From the NCBI GenBank assembly GCA_951406725.2, contig OX597814.1, forward strand, positions 57,288,001 through 57,352,000: 64,000 nt of DNA. Reading direction: 5' to 3'. Position 1 is the first letter of the stretch. Each line of letters begins with the position of its first letter. Of the stretch, positions 27,242-39,159 are shown one piece after another. This DNA comes from Octopus vulgaris (taxonomy: Eukaryota). The notes below the pieces were generated by a model. The model was given only the letters and a program-made list of their open reading frames with translations. It was not told the DNA's origin and searched no databases. The position numbers and the translations under genes are program-made.

Positions 27242-28480
27242 TGTGGGGTGACGTCAGCAGCTGGGGAGCTGACCGGAATTTGGGAGCTGACCGGAACTTG
27301 GGAGCTGACCGGAACTTGGGAGCTGACCGGAATAGGAAGAGTGCCGCGGTGACGCACGCGCAGGTAGGAGATGATTGGGCCTTTTTCGATCGGGGTAGCC
27401 AACGGTGCTGGACGTGTGAGCGCTTCGACAATGTGAGGGACAGTAGCTGCTATTTTTAGCGTTCGGGTCGGGACACGTGGAAGAGTGCGTTACCACCAGA
27501 GGTCTGCGTCGACGAAGAGAAGGTAGGTGTCTTACCTCTAGTCTCCCGCATACACTACAAGCTATTTCGGCGATCCACATAAGACGTCACCACGATGGCA
27601 GCTAAAATCAGGATCGCCAGCGACGTTATCAAGCCCTTTAATGGTGAGGGCGATGTAATGGCCTGGATGCGTAAAATTAGGCTTATAGTGAGATTGCAAG
27701 GCACTAGCGACGTGAAGAGCCTTATAGCACTATATTTGGAAGGGAGCGCGTTGACTCTATATCTCGAGATGGACGAAGAAGAACGACTGAGCGAGGAGAA
27801 GATTGAGCATTGTCTGAGAGGGGCTTATACCGAGTGTAAATATACAGCCTTTGTTAAGCTGGGAACGATTAGATGGATGGGAGAGCAGGTGAATGAATAC
27901 GCGACGGAGGTGCGTAGGCCGGCCACGCTGGTTGAGTTTACGGGAAAAGGCCTGGACAGAACAGCGCGACTGGCGTTCGTGAGTTCCCTGATAACGTAGG
28001 GATTCGACTGCAGCAATTGCCCGGGGGCAAAAAGATGGCGCTGAGCGAACTTGTGAATCAAGGCCGCGTGTTGACGCGAAATGCTGGACGGAAGGCGATA
28101 TCGATGGCGGTAACGGAAGCACATAAAGACGGACGACGGCCGGAGAAAGACGCGAAGAAGCCTACCGTGCAACGACAGCGGCCGTTCCCAGGCCGGTGTT
28201 TTAAATGTCAGGGGTCACACATGGCGAGGGAGTGTACGCAACTGGGGCCCGTCTACTATGCAGGCAGTCAGGGTACATCGCCCGTAATTGCGACCGGGGA
28301 AACGACCGTGGGAAAGTTGCTGCCTCTCGAACTTTCCCCGCAAACGAGTAGAGGCGCTTTTGGATATGCTGCCCGTAATTAGTGTCAAGGCCAGGAGAAG
28401 AGGTTCAAGGCCTTCGTGGATACGGGTTGCACGACCACCCTCGTGACTTCAAGGATGACGAAGAAATGGAATGGGGCAAG
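27242..28480 (+). mobile_element. truncated Gypsy element (copy 3)
   Basis: Duplicate with about 13 substitutions relative to copies 1 and 2. Confidence 0.8.
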
Positions 28481-29995
28481 TAGCACCCTACCCATGCCAG
28501 CCTCCTTACCTACCCTGTCTATGATGTAGCGCATCAGATGGAGGTTGTCATGGATACTCTTGCCCGGCACGGCAAATGTTTGTGCCTTATCGACCAGTTT
28601 CTCGATGACAAGTGCCAACCTCCCGGTTACCACATTGGCCAAAATCCTCAAATTTGTGTTGATCAGAGTGATGGCCAGAGATTATCTATAACGTCCCTTT
28701 GTTTGGGTCTTTCTTTAGTAGTGTCACCGCTCCTCGGTTCACAAAACTGGGGATACTCCGTTTTTAGACTGTTGTCAAGACTTCTCCAAACAAGTCTGGC
28801 ATATTACAATAAAGCTCGTTGGGCAGACCATCCAACCCCGATGACTTGTCTCTCGCGCAGCCTGCCATCGAGTTCCGTACATACGCATCTGTGATGGGTC
28901 TTTCACCACACTCTGCCTCTCTTATCGAGAGTCGTGGAAAGCCATGCAGGTAAGCACTAAAGTCCACTCTGCATTCTGGCCCACCAGTCGTACCGAACAA
29001 TCTGGCAAAGTGCTGCTGAAAAGCCACACACATCCTTTCGGGCTCGAGTAATTCGCGCCCCTGTTCATCCATCAGAGACCGAATGGTGGTTTTGTTGCCA
29101 CGTAGCGCCTCCGCCACTCGGGATTATAGGGCGGCTGCAATTCCTTCGTTTCTCAGAGCATGCATCCTAGCTCTCATAATGCATCCCTCGTGTTTGGCGT
29201 TGAAGTATTAGTCAAGGGCCAACCTCGCCGCGAGCACGTTAGACGCGATGCTAGTTCTAAGTGTCTCTTCTAATTTCTTAACTAAGTCCCTCTCTATTCT
29301 ATGTCGGTCTATTGCTAAAGTCTTGTTATACCTAATCGATTTTGCTTTGATTGATCTATTTAGGGCAAACCACAATTTGTTGTTGACGTTGGCCCCTGTC
29401 AACAAACTCTTAACTAATGTGCTAATCCGGTCTCTGTAAGCCTGTCGCGCCGGGAAAGGCGTTCAGCTTTCAGTAACCGGGACCTATGATTTCTATCTAA
29501 GTTGAGCGTACAAGTTACGAATTTGCGATCTGTGTAGCTGGCTATGTGAAATTGTAGACAACCTACACTACCCCTATCCACTATCCCACCGAATACTCTA
29601 TCTAAATACGATCTGGACGACCCGATGCGGTTGTTCCATGTCTACATTAGCACATTCAGGTCGTCCAGTCGGTGCCTGTCAGACAGTTGGAAACGTCTGT
29701 GCAGGTCTATAAGGCACTTGCTTCCCCTTCTCTTCCTATCTCTACCCACATAGTCTAAATGCGTGTCCAAGTTAGCGTTCCAATCCCCCCCCCCCAGTAA
29801 AAGTAAAGGTCAAGATGTTCTCACGAAAACCTCTAGACGTCGAAAGAAATCCGGTCGCCTTGTTAAGGATGGTGTATATACTGTTATTAGTCGGAAAGCA
29901 CAGCCGTTACCGCCATTGACATCCAAGACGACCAGCCAGCCCTCCAAGTCTTGAAATACTACCCTTACTTTCTCCAAAATGAAACTTGTGTTTTA
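28480..29995 (-). mobile_element. Tx1/L1-like LINE ORF2 fragment (APE endonuclease, linker, RT start)
   Basis: GGDWNANLD, SRSYLDRVF, SSGLDGLPNELY and RILANVVTGRLALVIEKLVDKAQTFAVPGKSIHDNLHLMRYII. Broken by stops. Confidence 0.75.
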
Positions 29996-30258
29996 CACAG
30001 GAGAAAAAGATAGAGAGAGAGAGTGAGTCTCTTACTGTTCGAAAATTGGTTGCTTTCCTCCTTAGAAGTTTCTGTCAGGAGGTTTTTATATAGTTTTTTC
30101 GAGAAGTATTTTTGAAAGGTTTCTACTGCATTAGGGTAGAGATATTGATGGTGCTGCTTCTGTTATTGGTGGTGTTGACTGCTTGGGTTAGCTGAGTTGG
30201 TTAGTTGTTTTGTGGAGTTCTTTCATCTGTTCGTGGAGCTGCTTCATTTTGTCGTTGT

Positions 30259-30422
<164 letters not shown>

Positions 30423-30947
30423 CGAAGAATATCTGATCCCTTTTTTTTGTAACTAAAGTTACGAAATGAGACTAATATGAGTGAAAGAAGAACGTTTGTA
30501 GAAAGAAAGAAAACGGGCGGGGGAAATGTTTTAAAGAACTGAAAATCTGAATTTTTTTCAGCTTAACTAACGAAATGAAAGTAATGAATTAAAGCAAATA
30601 AGAATGCTTGCGTAAGGAAATTGCTTTTCAGAGAAATCGAAAAAATATGAGTTAAACAAAAAAAAACGCCTGTAGAAAGAAGGTGTTTTGAAAGGAAACC
30701 CAAAGAAAGCGAAAGAAATAATGTTGTAAGAAATGGAAATCTTATCTTGAAATCAGGAACTGTTGCTGTACGTCGCGAAGGCATGTGTAATTTTAATGTT
30801 ACCGCCACTAGTGGTGGTTTTACGAAGAGAGAAATAAAAGTGCAAGAACTCTCTGTTCAGTTGTCTCCTCGGAATTTCATGAAAGAAAAATAACTTGTTT
30901 TATCAGTCTCTTCGATCCTTCTATTCGCATGCCTATCCCGATCTTGA

Positions 30948-31417
30948 GTAAATATTTCATAAAGGACCCGTTTGTACTTCGGTGTAAAATAATTTTTTTT
31001 TTTTTTTTTTCGAGTGCATTCAGTGTATCTCACCTCCAAACCCACCACAAGCCGCTTTCTTCCGGAAAAGAAAGTGGGAGGGGTTGTAGAGATCTCAGGG
31101 TTTCCCAGCAACGGAGTTTTGTTTCGTAGGTTTATTTTCTTTTCCAGGTTATTTTGCATGCTTTCAACGAAATCCCGTGTAAACGGTTCCTTTCCCCAGA
31201 AAAGGAAAGATTTGACTGCTATTTCTTGCACACCCTGCTACCGTGTAACAGCTATTTCGGGTCCTTTATCGCAAATAGCTGTTACGTTGTAGCAGGGCGT
31301 GCTAGAAATAATAGCCAAATCTTTGGAGGTGAGACACGTTGAATGCACTCGAAAAAAGCTTATGGAAAAAAGCATTTCACACCGAGGTTACGAACGGGTC
31401 TTTTACAAAATATTTAC
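30948..31417. repeat. nested inverted-repeat (foldback) element
   Basis: Outer arms 30948-31040 and 31322-31417 are reverse complements. An internal ~115-bp hairpin lies at 31207-31321. Confidence 0.75.
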
Positions 31418-32364
31418 CGTATTTCTAAAGTCGTTTTCACTTTAAAATATTTTGCTCATCATAATGTGTCTAATGCAAAGGTTTCTTCCCTTTGAGGTTT
31501 AAGTTATTTTCAGAGTATTTTCCCATTGGATATTTGTACCCCCAAAACCCTCAACATCTCGAGAACCAGTTGTCCAATTTACGCGAAACTTGTTTTATTC
31601 TGTTTGTATTCGCATTTCAGGGGACCGTAATTCATAATATTTTCCCATTATGCGCCAGTTTGGCTGTGTAGCATTGCAAGCAAGCAAGCCACTTTCTTCC
31701 GCAAAAGAAAGGGGAGGGGTTGTGGGGACCTCGGAGTTTCCCGGGAAAGTCTACAGTCTGGCATACATGTGAAGAATGCAGTGGAAGAATAACTACTGTA
31801 GAGCTGCTTTGTAGACGACATTTTTTGTTTTTCCTTCAGGTGCATAGATGAATAAGTTGTCTGCAAGGCCAACTCTGGAACAATCACCATGAAAAAAGCA
31901 CAATGTTCGAAGGTCCAATCCGACAACTTTCAGCGACTGACCTTGTGCTTTGTTAATTGTTACGGTGAAGCTGAGTTTGAGGGGGAACTAAAGTGTCTGC
32001 ATAGGGTAGGAACAGTTCATTCGGGTTAGCGGAACTTTCAGAATGAAAATGTAAGCGTATATCCTTTTCCACCGCCGATGAGATTCAACTTTGAAGTGTT
32101 TTTAATTATAATAATTAATTTCTAAAGTTTTGACTCTAAATAGCTGTCAGAGATGATGTCCAATTTTGTAATCAATAAATAATTGTTTATTTAATTATGT
32201 CTACTTTCATATTTTCTTAAAAATATATAAACCATGGTTTATCCAATTATCTTACAGTTGAATATTAAATGTAATATTCAATACTTTTTGTAATAGGTAA
32301 TAAACCAGTATATTCATTGGATTTTATTGCCCCTTAATGAGGTTTTTAACCTTTGATTGGATTT

Positions 32365-32401
<37 letters not shown>

Positions 32402-32409
32402 ACATATAC

Positions 32410-32594
32410 AAGGAAAATAAGACAAGTTATAAAATGCTAAAATGATTTTATCAAGAAGAACATTTTAGTACCGGTTTCAGACTTTGCGTCTTTTTCAACT
32501 TAGAGTAAAAGCATGAAACACGATACAATTAAATTGTGGAAAAATTAAATGAAATTTTTTTTAATATTTCCATAAATTTCAAATACAATGAACA

Positions 32595-32689
<95 letters not shown>

Positions 32690-35250
32690 GGTAGTAGGTA
32701 GTAGCAGTCCTAAAAGAATATTTGATATGAGGATGTGAGTATTTGGTTTTCATTGTTTAAGCAGCCGTAGCAGACGAAGAAGAAGAAGAAGAAGAAGAAG
32801 AAAATGGAGTAGGAAAAGAGGAGAAAGAATAAGAAAAATGCGGGAGCGGTATGACTGCAGTAGGATGTTGGTGGAATCCTCTTAAATGCTCAAGTGACCT
32901 AAAAGTGACATGCTGTGGTTGTAATAGTAGTGACTGGAATTATTCTGAATAAATTCATGTGTAGTGAATTTATATAGTTTTTAATATTTGAGTGGCCCTT
33001 GTAGTAATGTCATTTGTGGTGGACGCATTCAAAGGGGTTTATATTTTGTGGTAAAATATGACTCTTTGCTAATGCGCTGATTATAGGTTGCATCGTTCCT
33101 GAATTAATAGAGTAAAAATTCTGAAGTTGGGTTGTTCCTTAATGGCGCAAATGTCGATGCGTTCGTTGAATGCTATTTTTCTGTATTCCCGAACTTTGTA
33201 ACCCACTAGCGAAACAACATCGGGAGTACCTCAAGATCAGAGAAATGAAAAATCACTACCCGCAGGATAGACATTATAACCTCCCCCACCCCATAAGGAG
33301 TTACCAACAGAATTTTCGTTCCAACAATCCACTAAACAACCACGCACAAAAAACCCGTACCACACGTAATAATTAGCCACGACGGCTCTCTAAAACACCA
33401 CATCCGAACATAGGATATAGGGATACATTTTTCAATACCCTTCAAAGAACCCACACCGTAAATTACAACAACAGGGCACTCCACAACAACAGGGAACTAC
33501 TACATAACTGCTACCGTCCCAATCGCCTCAATCATTTTTTAGACCCAATACGCAAACACAGGGATACAAGATAACACCAGACAGGCAGGAGGAACCAAAA
33601 GTGTTAAAAATTATCAATCTCACTCACAGAGAACTAACAGCAAACCTAATCAACATACTCTCCAAAGGGCTTCAGTTTACACCAACCCCAAACTCCACAA
33701 CTACAACGAAATTAAAGAAGACGTTGCCGGATTCTGCAGAAAATTACGACTGGCTGAGGAACTATACGACAAATACAACGAGGACGAATCGTTAGTCCGA
33801 AATAAAGTAACTACACCCCTTCAAAAGGTAAGAACAAAATTCTTCATCATTTCTGTGAATACATCACGAATTACCTATATCAACACATACACAAACAAAA
33901 ACACAAGCCAAACTTCAGCAATAAAGAATGGGCTGAGCTGAACAAATTAAAAGACGATAAGACAATAACAATCAAAGAGGCGGATAAAGGGCGTGCAATA
34001 GCCTTAATGGACACAGTATACTATATAACTGTAGTATTATCCATATTAGAAGACACAACATATTGTGAAAAGGTTCAACACTACAGATAGCAGAAAATAA
34101 TGAGAAACCTAAAAACAGAAAAGGGCTCACCGATAAGGAATACGATTATATGACTAACTTCAAAAGTAAATCCAGTCAATTCTACGGTATTCCTAAGATA
34201 CACAAAAGTGAGAAAATACGTAACACATGCAGGATATCCACAGACATAATAATGAGGGTCCCTACTCCTAATGACCTCAAATTAAGACCTATAATAGCAG
34301 GTCCCGCATGTAAAACCCACCACTTCAGTAACTTTTTAGATACCCTCTTAAAACCATTCCTCACGCAAATCAAAAGCTACAAAAAGGACGACCTAGATAT
34401 GCTCATTCACCTCCCTAAAACACTAAACAAAAACACCCTACTAGTGTCCTTCGATGTAGTCAGCCTCTATTCTAATATCCCCCACAGTCTAGGAATAGAG
34501 GTAATTCAATTCTGGCTGGAGAATTACTCTAATGAACTCCCACACCGCATCAGAAAAAGGATTCGTAATAGAAGGGATAAAATTCATAAAGAGCAAAAGA
34601 CAACGCAAATCTATGAAAAGTCTCCTAACACAATCCCAACTACATTCGACAACAACACAGAAGCCATCAGTAAAAAAATTGTGGAAGACCTCACAATGGT
34701 ATATGCGTCAGCCTAATTGAGGGGTCGGAGTTCTCTTTCAAACAGGGTCAACGTTTTACAGTGGAAAACAACTTCACATGTACTTCGGAACATTTAATAC
34801 ATGTATTGACTTGCTCCGGGTGTCGAGAGCAATACATAGGCCAAACCAAAAACAGTCTATATCAAAGGATGACTATAAATAGATCCCAGATTAAAATTCA
34901 GAAATACAAGAAAAAATAGCATTCAGCGAACGCATTGACATTTGCGCCACTAAGGAACAACCCAACTTCAGAATTTTTCCTCTCCATAAATTCAGGGACG
35001 ATACAACCTATAATCAGTGTATTAGCAAAGAGTCATATTTTATCACAAAATATAAAACCCCTTTGAATACATCCACCACAAATGACACTATTACAAGGGA
35101 CCTAGAATAATACACACGCAAATATTAAAAACGGTATATTCAGAACAGTCACTACCCATGAATTTATTCAGAACAATTCCAACCACTACTGTTACAACCA
35201 CAGCATGTCACTTTCAGGTCATCCTATTATTGTCATACCACTCCTGTATT
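32410..35250 (+). mobile_element. degenerate Penelope-like element with upstream inverted pLTR
   Basis: PLE ORF motifs IINLTHRELT..ILSKGLQFTPTP, TIKEADKG, FYGIPKIHK, LRPIIAGPAC and LVSFDVVSLYSNIPH. GIY-YIG part reads CTSEHLIHVLTCSGCREQYIGQT. 32895-33197 is an inverted, diverged copy of 34895-35221. Confidence 0.85.
32463..32503 (-). ncRNA. hammerhead motif variant (U3/A8 core)
   Basis: Minus strand: AG-TTGAAAA-AGAC-GCAAA-GTCT-GAAA-CCGG-TA-CT. Stem II and palindromic stem III are perfect; stem I is eroded. Confidence 0.6.
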
Positions 35251-35378
35251 CTTCTTCTTCATCTTCTTCTTCTTCTTCTTCTTCTTCTTCTTCTTCTTCT
35301 TCTTCTTCTTCTTCTTCTTCTTCTTCTTCTTCTTCTTCTTCTTCTTCTTCTTCTTCTTCTTCTTCTTCTTCTTCTTCC
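35250..35378. repeat. (CTT)n microsatellite
   Basis: About 42 units. Source of the poly-L/poly-S ORFs. Confidence 0.95.
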
Positions 35379-35399
35379 TCGGTTACTGCTGATTAAACG

Positions 35400-36820
35400 A
35401 TTTTAATTTTATTTCGAATAGCAACACCAAATCGAGTAATGTATTTCTGCAGCGTAAAGGAGATAACCGTTATTTAAACCCCTTTTCTTCATTATAAAGG
35501 TACATCGAAGATTTTTAAGGATAACTACCCTAATAACAAGGTATGTACTAGCAAAACTGTTTGGTTAATAATTCTATATGGTAAGCAGGTCAAATCTAAT
35601 CTCCCTTACCAGTTTCGTGAAGCTATAGAAAAGGATTTCTCAAGAAATTCAAGATACTATTCGATTATTAACTCACCGAATTAGGATAGGTTTTTCTAAC
35701 GCAAAAAATCTTTCATAAATCATCTCTTCGCATAATAGTAAGTTGTTAAATACAAATCCACTTAATGAAAATACTAACATTAATTTTGTTAACACTGACC
35801 ATTCTTTAAATAATATTAACAGCGGGGTTATTGTTACTAAAGTCAACTCCAATCGCATTCGTTTTCTTAGCAGTAATTCTAAGACTAGAAACTCTATTTA
35901 TCAATGTAAAATTACTTCCGTTTCTGACGTCCTTTTTTATATAGGTTGTTCTTCATCTCAGTCGTCCAAAAGAATATCTAATCATTACTCTACATTTAGG
36001 CATATCAATAAACGTAACAATACTGGGCTTAGTAAATTAATCTGGTATCTAAAAGATCATAATAAACAATTTAATTTGGAATGGAATATTCTCTCTTTTT
36101 CTTTACCTTATGACAAAGATAAATCTTTTTGCTTCCTTTGTAATAGTGAAATGTTTTTATCCTATCCTCTAAGAATCCCCTTATAAACACGTTTATAGAA
36201 CGCGTTTATCGTTGCAAACATTGGCAGAAACATACCTTCAGTTCCTATAAGTGATTTCTACTATTCTATAAAATTCGACCTTTGACTGTCTTCTTTCTTT
36301 TCACTTCCACTAAATATATCTACTTCCATTCATTTAAGCTTTATTCTAATTCACCTATCGCTCTATATCTCTCCACTATTAGTTTTCTGCTAATTTCTTT
36401 CTTTATACTCCTTCTCTTTCTATAAACTACTTTTTACGTTATATCTACTAACGGTCTTTTCTTTTAAAAAAACTTGATAGCATCCCCTTCAACATATACG
36501 TAGTCATTACATTCTGTTAAAACGTCTCATTAATGTGTTAGGTTTCTTTCTTTCCCTCGTGAGAAGATTGCATTGTTTTACACCATTTTATTCCTTCTGG
36601 AATAATACCAATGTTGTCTTCGAAACATATGTCGGAAGTAAAAGAATTTGAATAACGCCTGCATTTAACTCCATTTATTTATCTATATTATACAAAACAT
36701 TTCACCTGAACCTGGAGTTTCTACCTTTATAAATAGGCTGTTACATCCTTGTTGTGTAAATTTTTGCTACCCTGGTGACTGTTTATTTATTTTTTCCGTG
36801 TTATTTGTAAACACTGGACA
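35400..36820 (+). mobile_element. Hydra-type PLE 3' fragment (RT C-terminus, GIY-YIG endonuclease, pLTR)
   Basis: ORF 35743-36186: IYQCKI...FYIGCSS..KRISNHYSTF..TGLSKLIWYLKD..LEWNIL..PYD..CFLCNSE, then frameshifted CKHW. Ends at a (CA)n/(TA)n tract. Confidence 0.75.
36551..36638 (+). ncRNA. hammerhead motif with mutated core (probably inactive)
   Basis: TTTCC-CTCGTGA-GAAGA...TCTTC-GAAA-CATATG-TC-GGAAG. All three stems are intact, but the core reads CTCGTGA instead of CTGATGA. Confidence 0.65.
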
Positions 36821-36825
36821 AAAAA

Positions 36826-36911
<86 letters not shown>

Positions 36912-37106
36912 CTCACACAATGAAAAACAGACACATTAACAAACAGTTAGAAGAGAAGGCAAGTGAACAAGATGGAGGAATAGGTCAACAGTTCAGTACA
37001 ACTAAAAAATTTCTTAAATAAGTGAAACATAACAAATTGTGAAATAATCATTTTATTTTCAAAATTAGTTAAGAAATTTGCTGCTTTTCATGCATCTCTA
37101 TGGTAC

Positions 37107-37112
37107 TTTATT
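37107..37112 (-). terminator. putative polyadenylation signal of the EF-hand gene
   Basis: AATAAA on the minus strand, 50 nt after the TAA at 37162. Confidence 0.5.
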
Positions 37113-37161
37113 GCTGGAGTTTAAGGTTAATCTTTCATATATTTTTTCTTCAAAAATCAAT

Positions 37162-37368
37162 TTACAATCTGAATTTTACGAGATCGATGGGTTTAAGGGG
37201 ATCTTTTTCTGAGTCACCTAATCTAAGCAGTTTCTTTTGTACTTTCTCCTGACTTGTATCTATTCCAATCTGTTCCAGTGCTTCACGAACTACTTTCCGT
37301 GTTACATCTCTGAGACTATCATCTCCGTATCTCAAAAGCTCGTAGGTCCGAAGGCGTCAAATCTTGAG
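37162..37368 (-). CDS. EF-hand gene exon 3 (terminal), with apparent frameshift
   Basis: Acceptor TTTTGGTTGTTTTTTAG|C. Phase-2 reading gives (D)SRFDAFGPTSF* with a stop at 37332. The shifted frame 37353-37162 gives LRTYELLRYGDDSLRDVTRKVVREALEQIGIDTSQEKVQKKLLRLGDSEKDPLKPIDLVKFRL*, resembling a degenerate calmodulin C-lobe. Confidence 0.65.
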
Positions 37369-38679
37369 CTAAAAAACAACCAAAATGAGTTTTATTGTTT
37401 TAGAAATTTCTTAATCAAAAACAAAAATTAATCCAATGGAAATTCTACATGGTTACTCAGCTTGCTGAAAATAGCTACTTAGAAACACCCTCTAGAAACA
37501 CACTCTACCATATTAAGATTGTAAACATCTCCGTTCAACAATTTTCTCATTAGATATATAAACCAACGTTAAGGTCAAGAGGGGAATATTTTTTGCTATA
37601 GGTCAACTCGATCAGAGCATGCCGTGAGTTAAATTATGTTGATAATTTTAAGAAAGCTATCAATGAATGAATCAATCTTTTAGGAGAGATTGCATATATA
37701 ACGGAGTGGCACTATCGATGTACTAGACATCGTCTAGAGAGTCGAAGTGTTCTCTCAGAAATATATTTTAACCAAGTAGAATACTTTTTTAAATGCATTT
37801 TCCAAAGAAAAATTGTTGGGATCAAAATACCATTAGAACGTAGTGTTTCTAATAAGAAACGTGACTGATCCACAAGGTCCAATCAAATTTCATTTTACGA
37901 GTCCTCATCTACTTAAGTAATTTCCATAAATCTTAACATATGACCACTAGTCTACGCAAACATCTAAAAGGAAGTACATGTTGAATGGGATAGTATATGA
38001 TAATAAATGAGTGTAAAATTTACTTCTGTTCTATTAAAATAACCATTTCAAAAAATATGAGAGAACGTTTTAACATTCAGTAAAAGAGAAATATGAGGCA
38101 CTGATATAAATGAACAACGGTGAGTCGGGTTTGTGTTTCAAGGTTGTATAACCGATTAGCTTCTGGAAAGTGGTAAAGTGGTGTAGTAAAGAAATTGAAG
38201 AAAAAACAAACAAAATAAACTTAAAAGGCATTGAAGCGGTAAAAAGAGAATGGTGCGATGCACAAAATGCATTTCAGTATTTAGCTATGTCCCTTTTGCA
38301 AATACTAGTAATCATTATGGTTAGATTGTGGTTGGATTAGGGCAAGAATGTCAGATTGCTTGACTTAATGTGTCGAAATCATTGCAGTTGTGAGTTGTGT
38401 CTCATTTTCTATTTCAGTAATGATTATGCACGGAAAGCATACCGTGGACTTAGATATCAACCAGATGGTCGATGCCACACAGTGAAAAACAAACAAGGCC
38501 TAGATTCAGTGTCAAACCCAATCGAGACGACTGAGTAAACTTTTATGTGAGGACAAGGACTGTTGTGGTATTCAGTAAGGAATTTTACTCATCTGTACCA
38601 AAAATTTGATTTTTTTCATTTGATCGGCTATCCCCATAGCTTTGGAAGAATTGAACAATATACTGAACAATATACCCTT

Positions 38680-38892
38680 GCCCTAAACGCAGAGGGGACA
38701 AACAAGGACAGACAAACGGATTAAGTCGATTACATCGACCCCAGTGCGTAACTGGTACTTAATTTATCGATCCCAAAATGATGAAAGGCAAAGTCGACCT
38801 CGGCGGAATTTGAACTCAGAACGTAACGGCAGACGAAATACTGCTACGCATTTCGCCCGGCGTGCTAACGTTTCTGCCAGCTCGCCGCCTTA
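38680..38892 (-). mobile_element. tRNA-derived SINE with 16-bp target-site duplication
   Basis: Head AGGCGGCGAGCTGGCAGAAACG...GAGTTCAAATTCC. TSD TGAACAATATACCCTT at 38664-38679 and 38894-38909. Confidence 0.85.
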
Positions 38893-38952
38893 TTGAACAA
38901 TATACCCTTCCCCACTAATCTTCTGCAAAATTTAGTGTAAAGAAATACTTAC

Positions 38953-39038
38953 TCGAAATTTGGAGTTGTATAGAACTTGATGAATTCATCCATGGTCACT
39001 TCTTTACTCCCATACTCATCCATAGCATTAGATGCATC
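38953..39038 (-). CDS. EF-hand gene exon 2 (degenerate EF-hand 2)
   Basis: Acceptor TTTTATTTAAAAG|GAT and donor GA|GTAAGT. 86 nt, DASNAMDEYGSKEVTMDEFIKFYTTPNF. Phase 0 matches exon 1. Confidence 0.8.
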
Positions 39039-39095
39039 CTTTTAAATAAAATAAATAAAATGAAAAACATTTACCAGAAATCAGGTTTGTAGTTT

Positions 39096-39159
<64 letters not shown>

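Larger units (their letters stand above)
20377..28524 (+). repeat. 8.1-kb tandem segmental duplication, copy 3
   Basis: Near-identical to copies 1 and 2. Continues after CTGTCTATGA into the unduplicated Tx1-like LINE. Confidence 0.97.

Noticed and set aside
35158-35406. poly-Leu / poly-Ser ORFs
   Set aside because: (CTT)n microsatellite.
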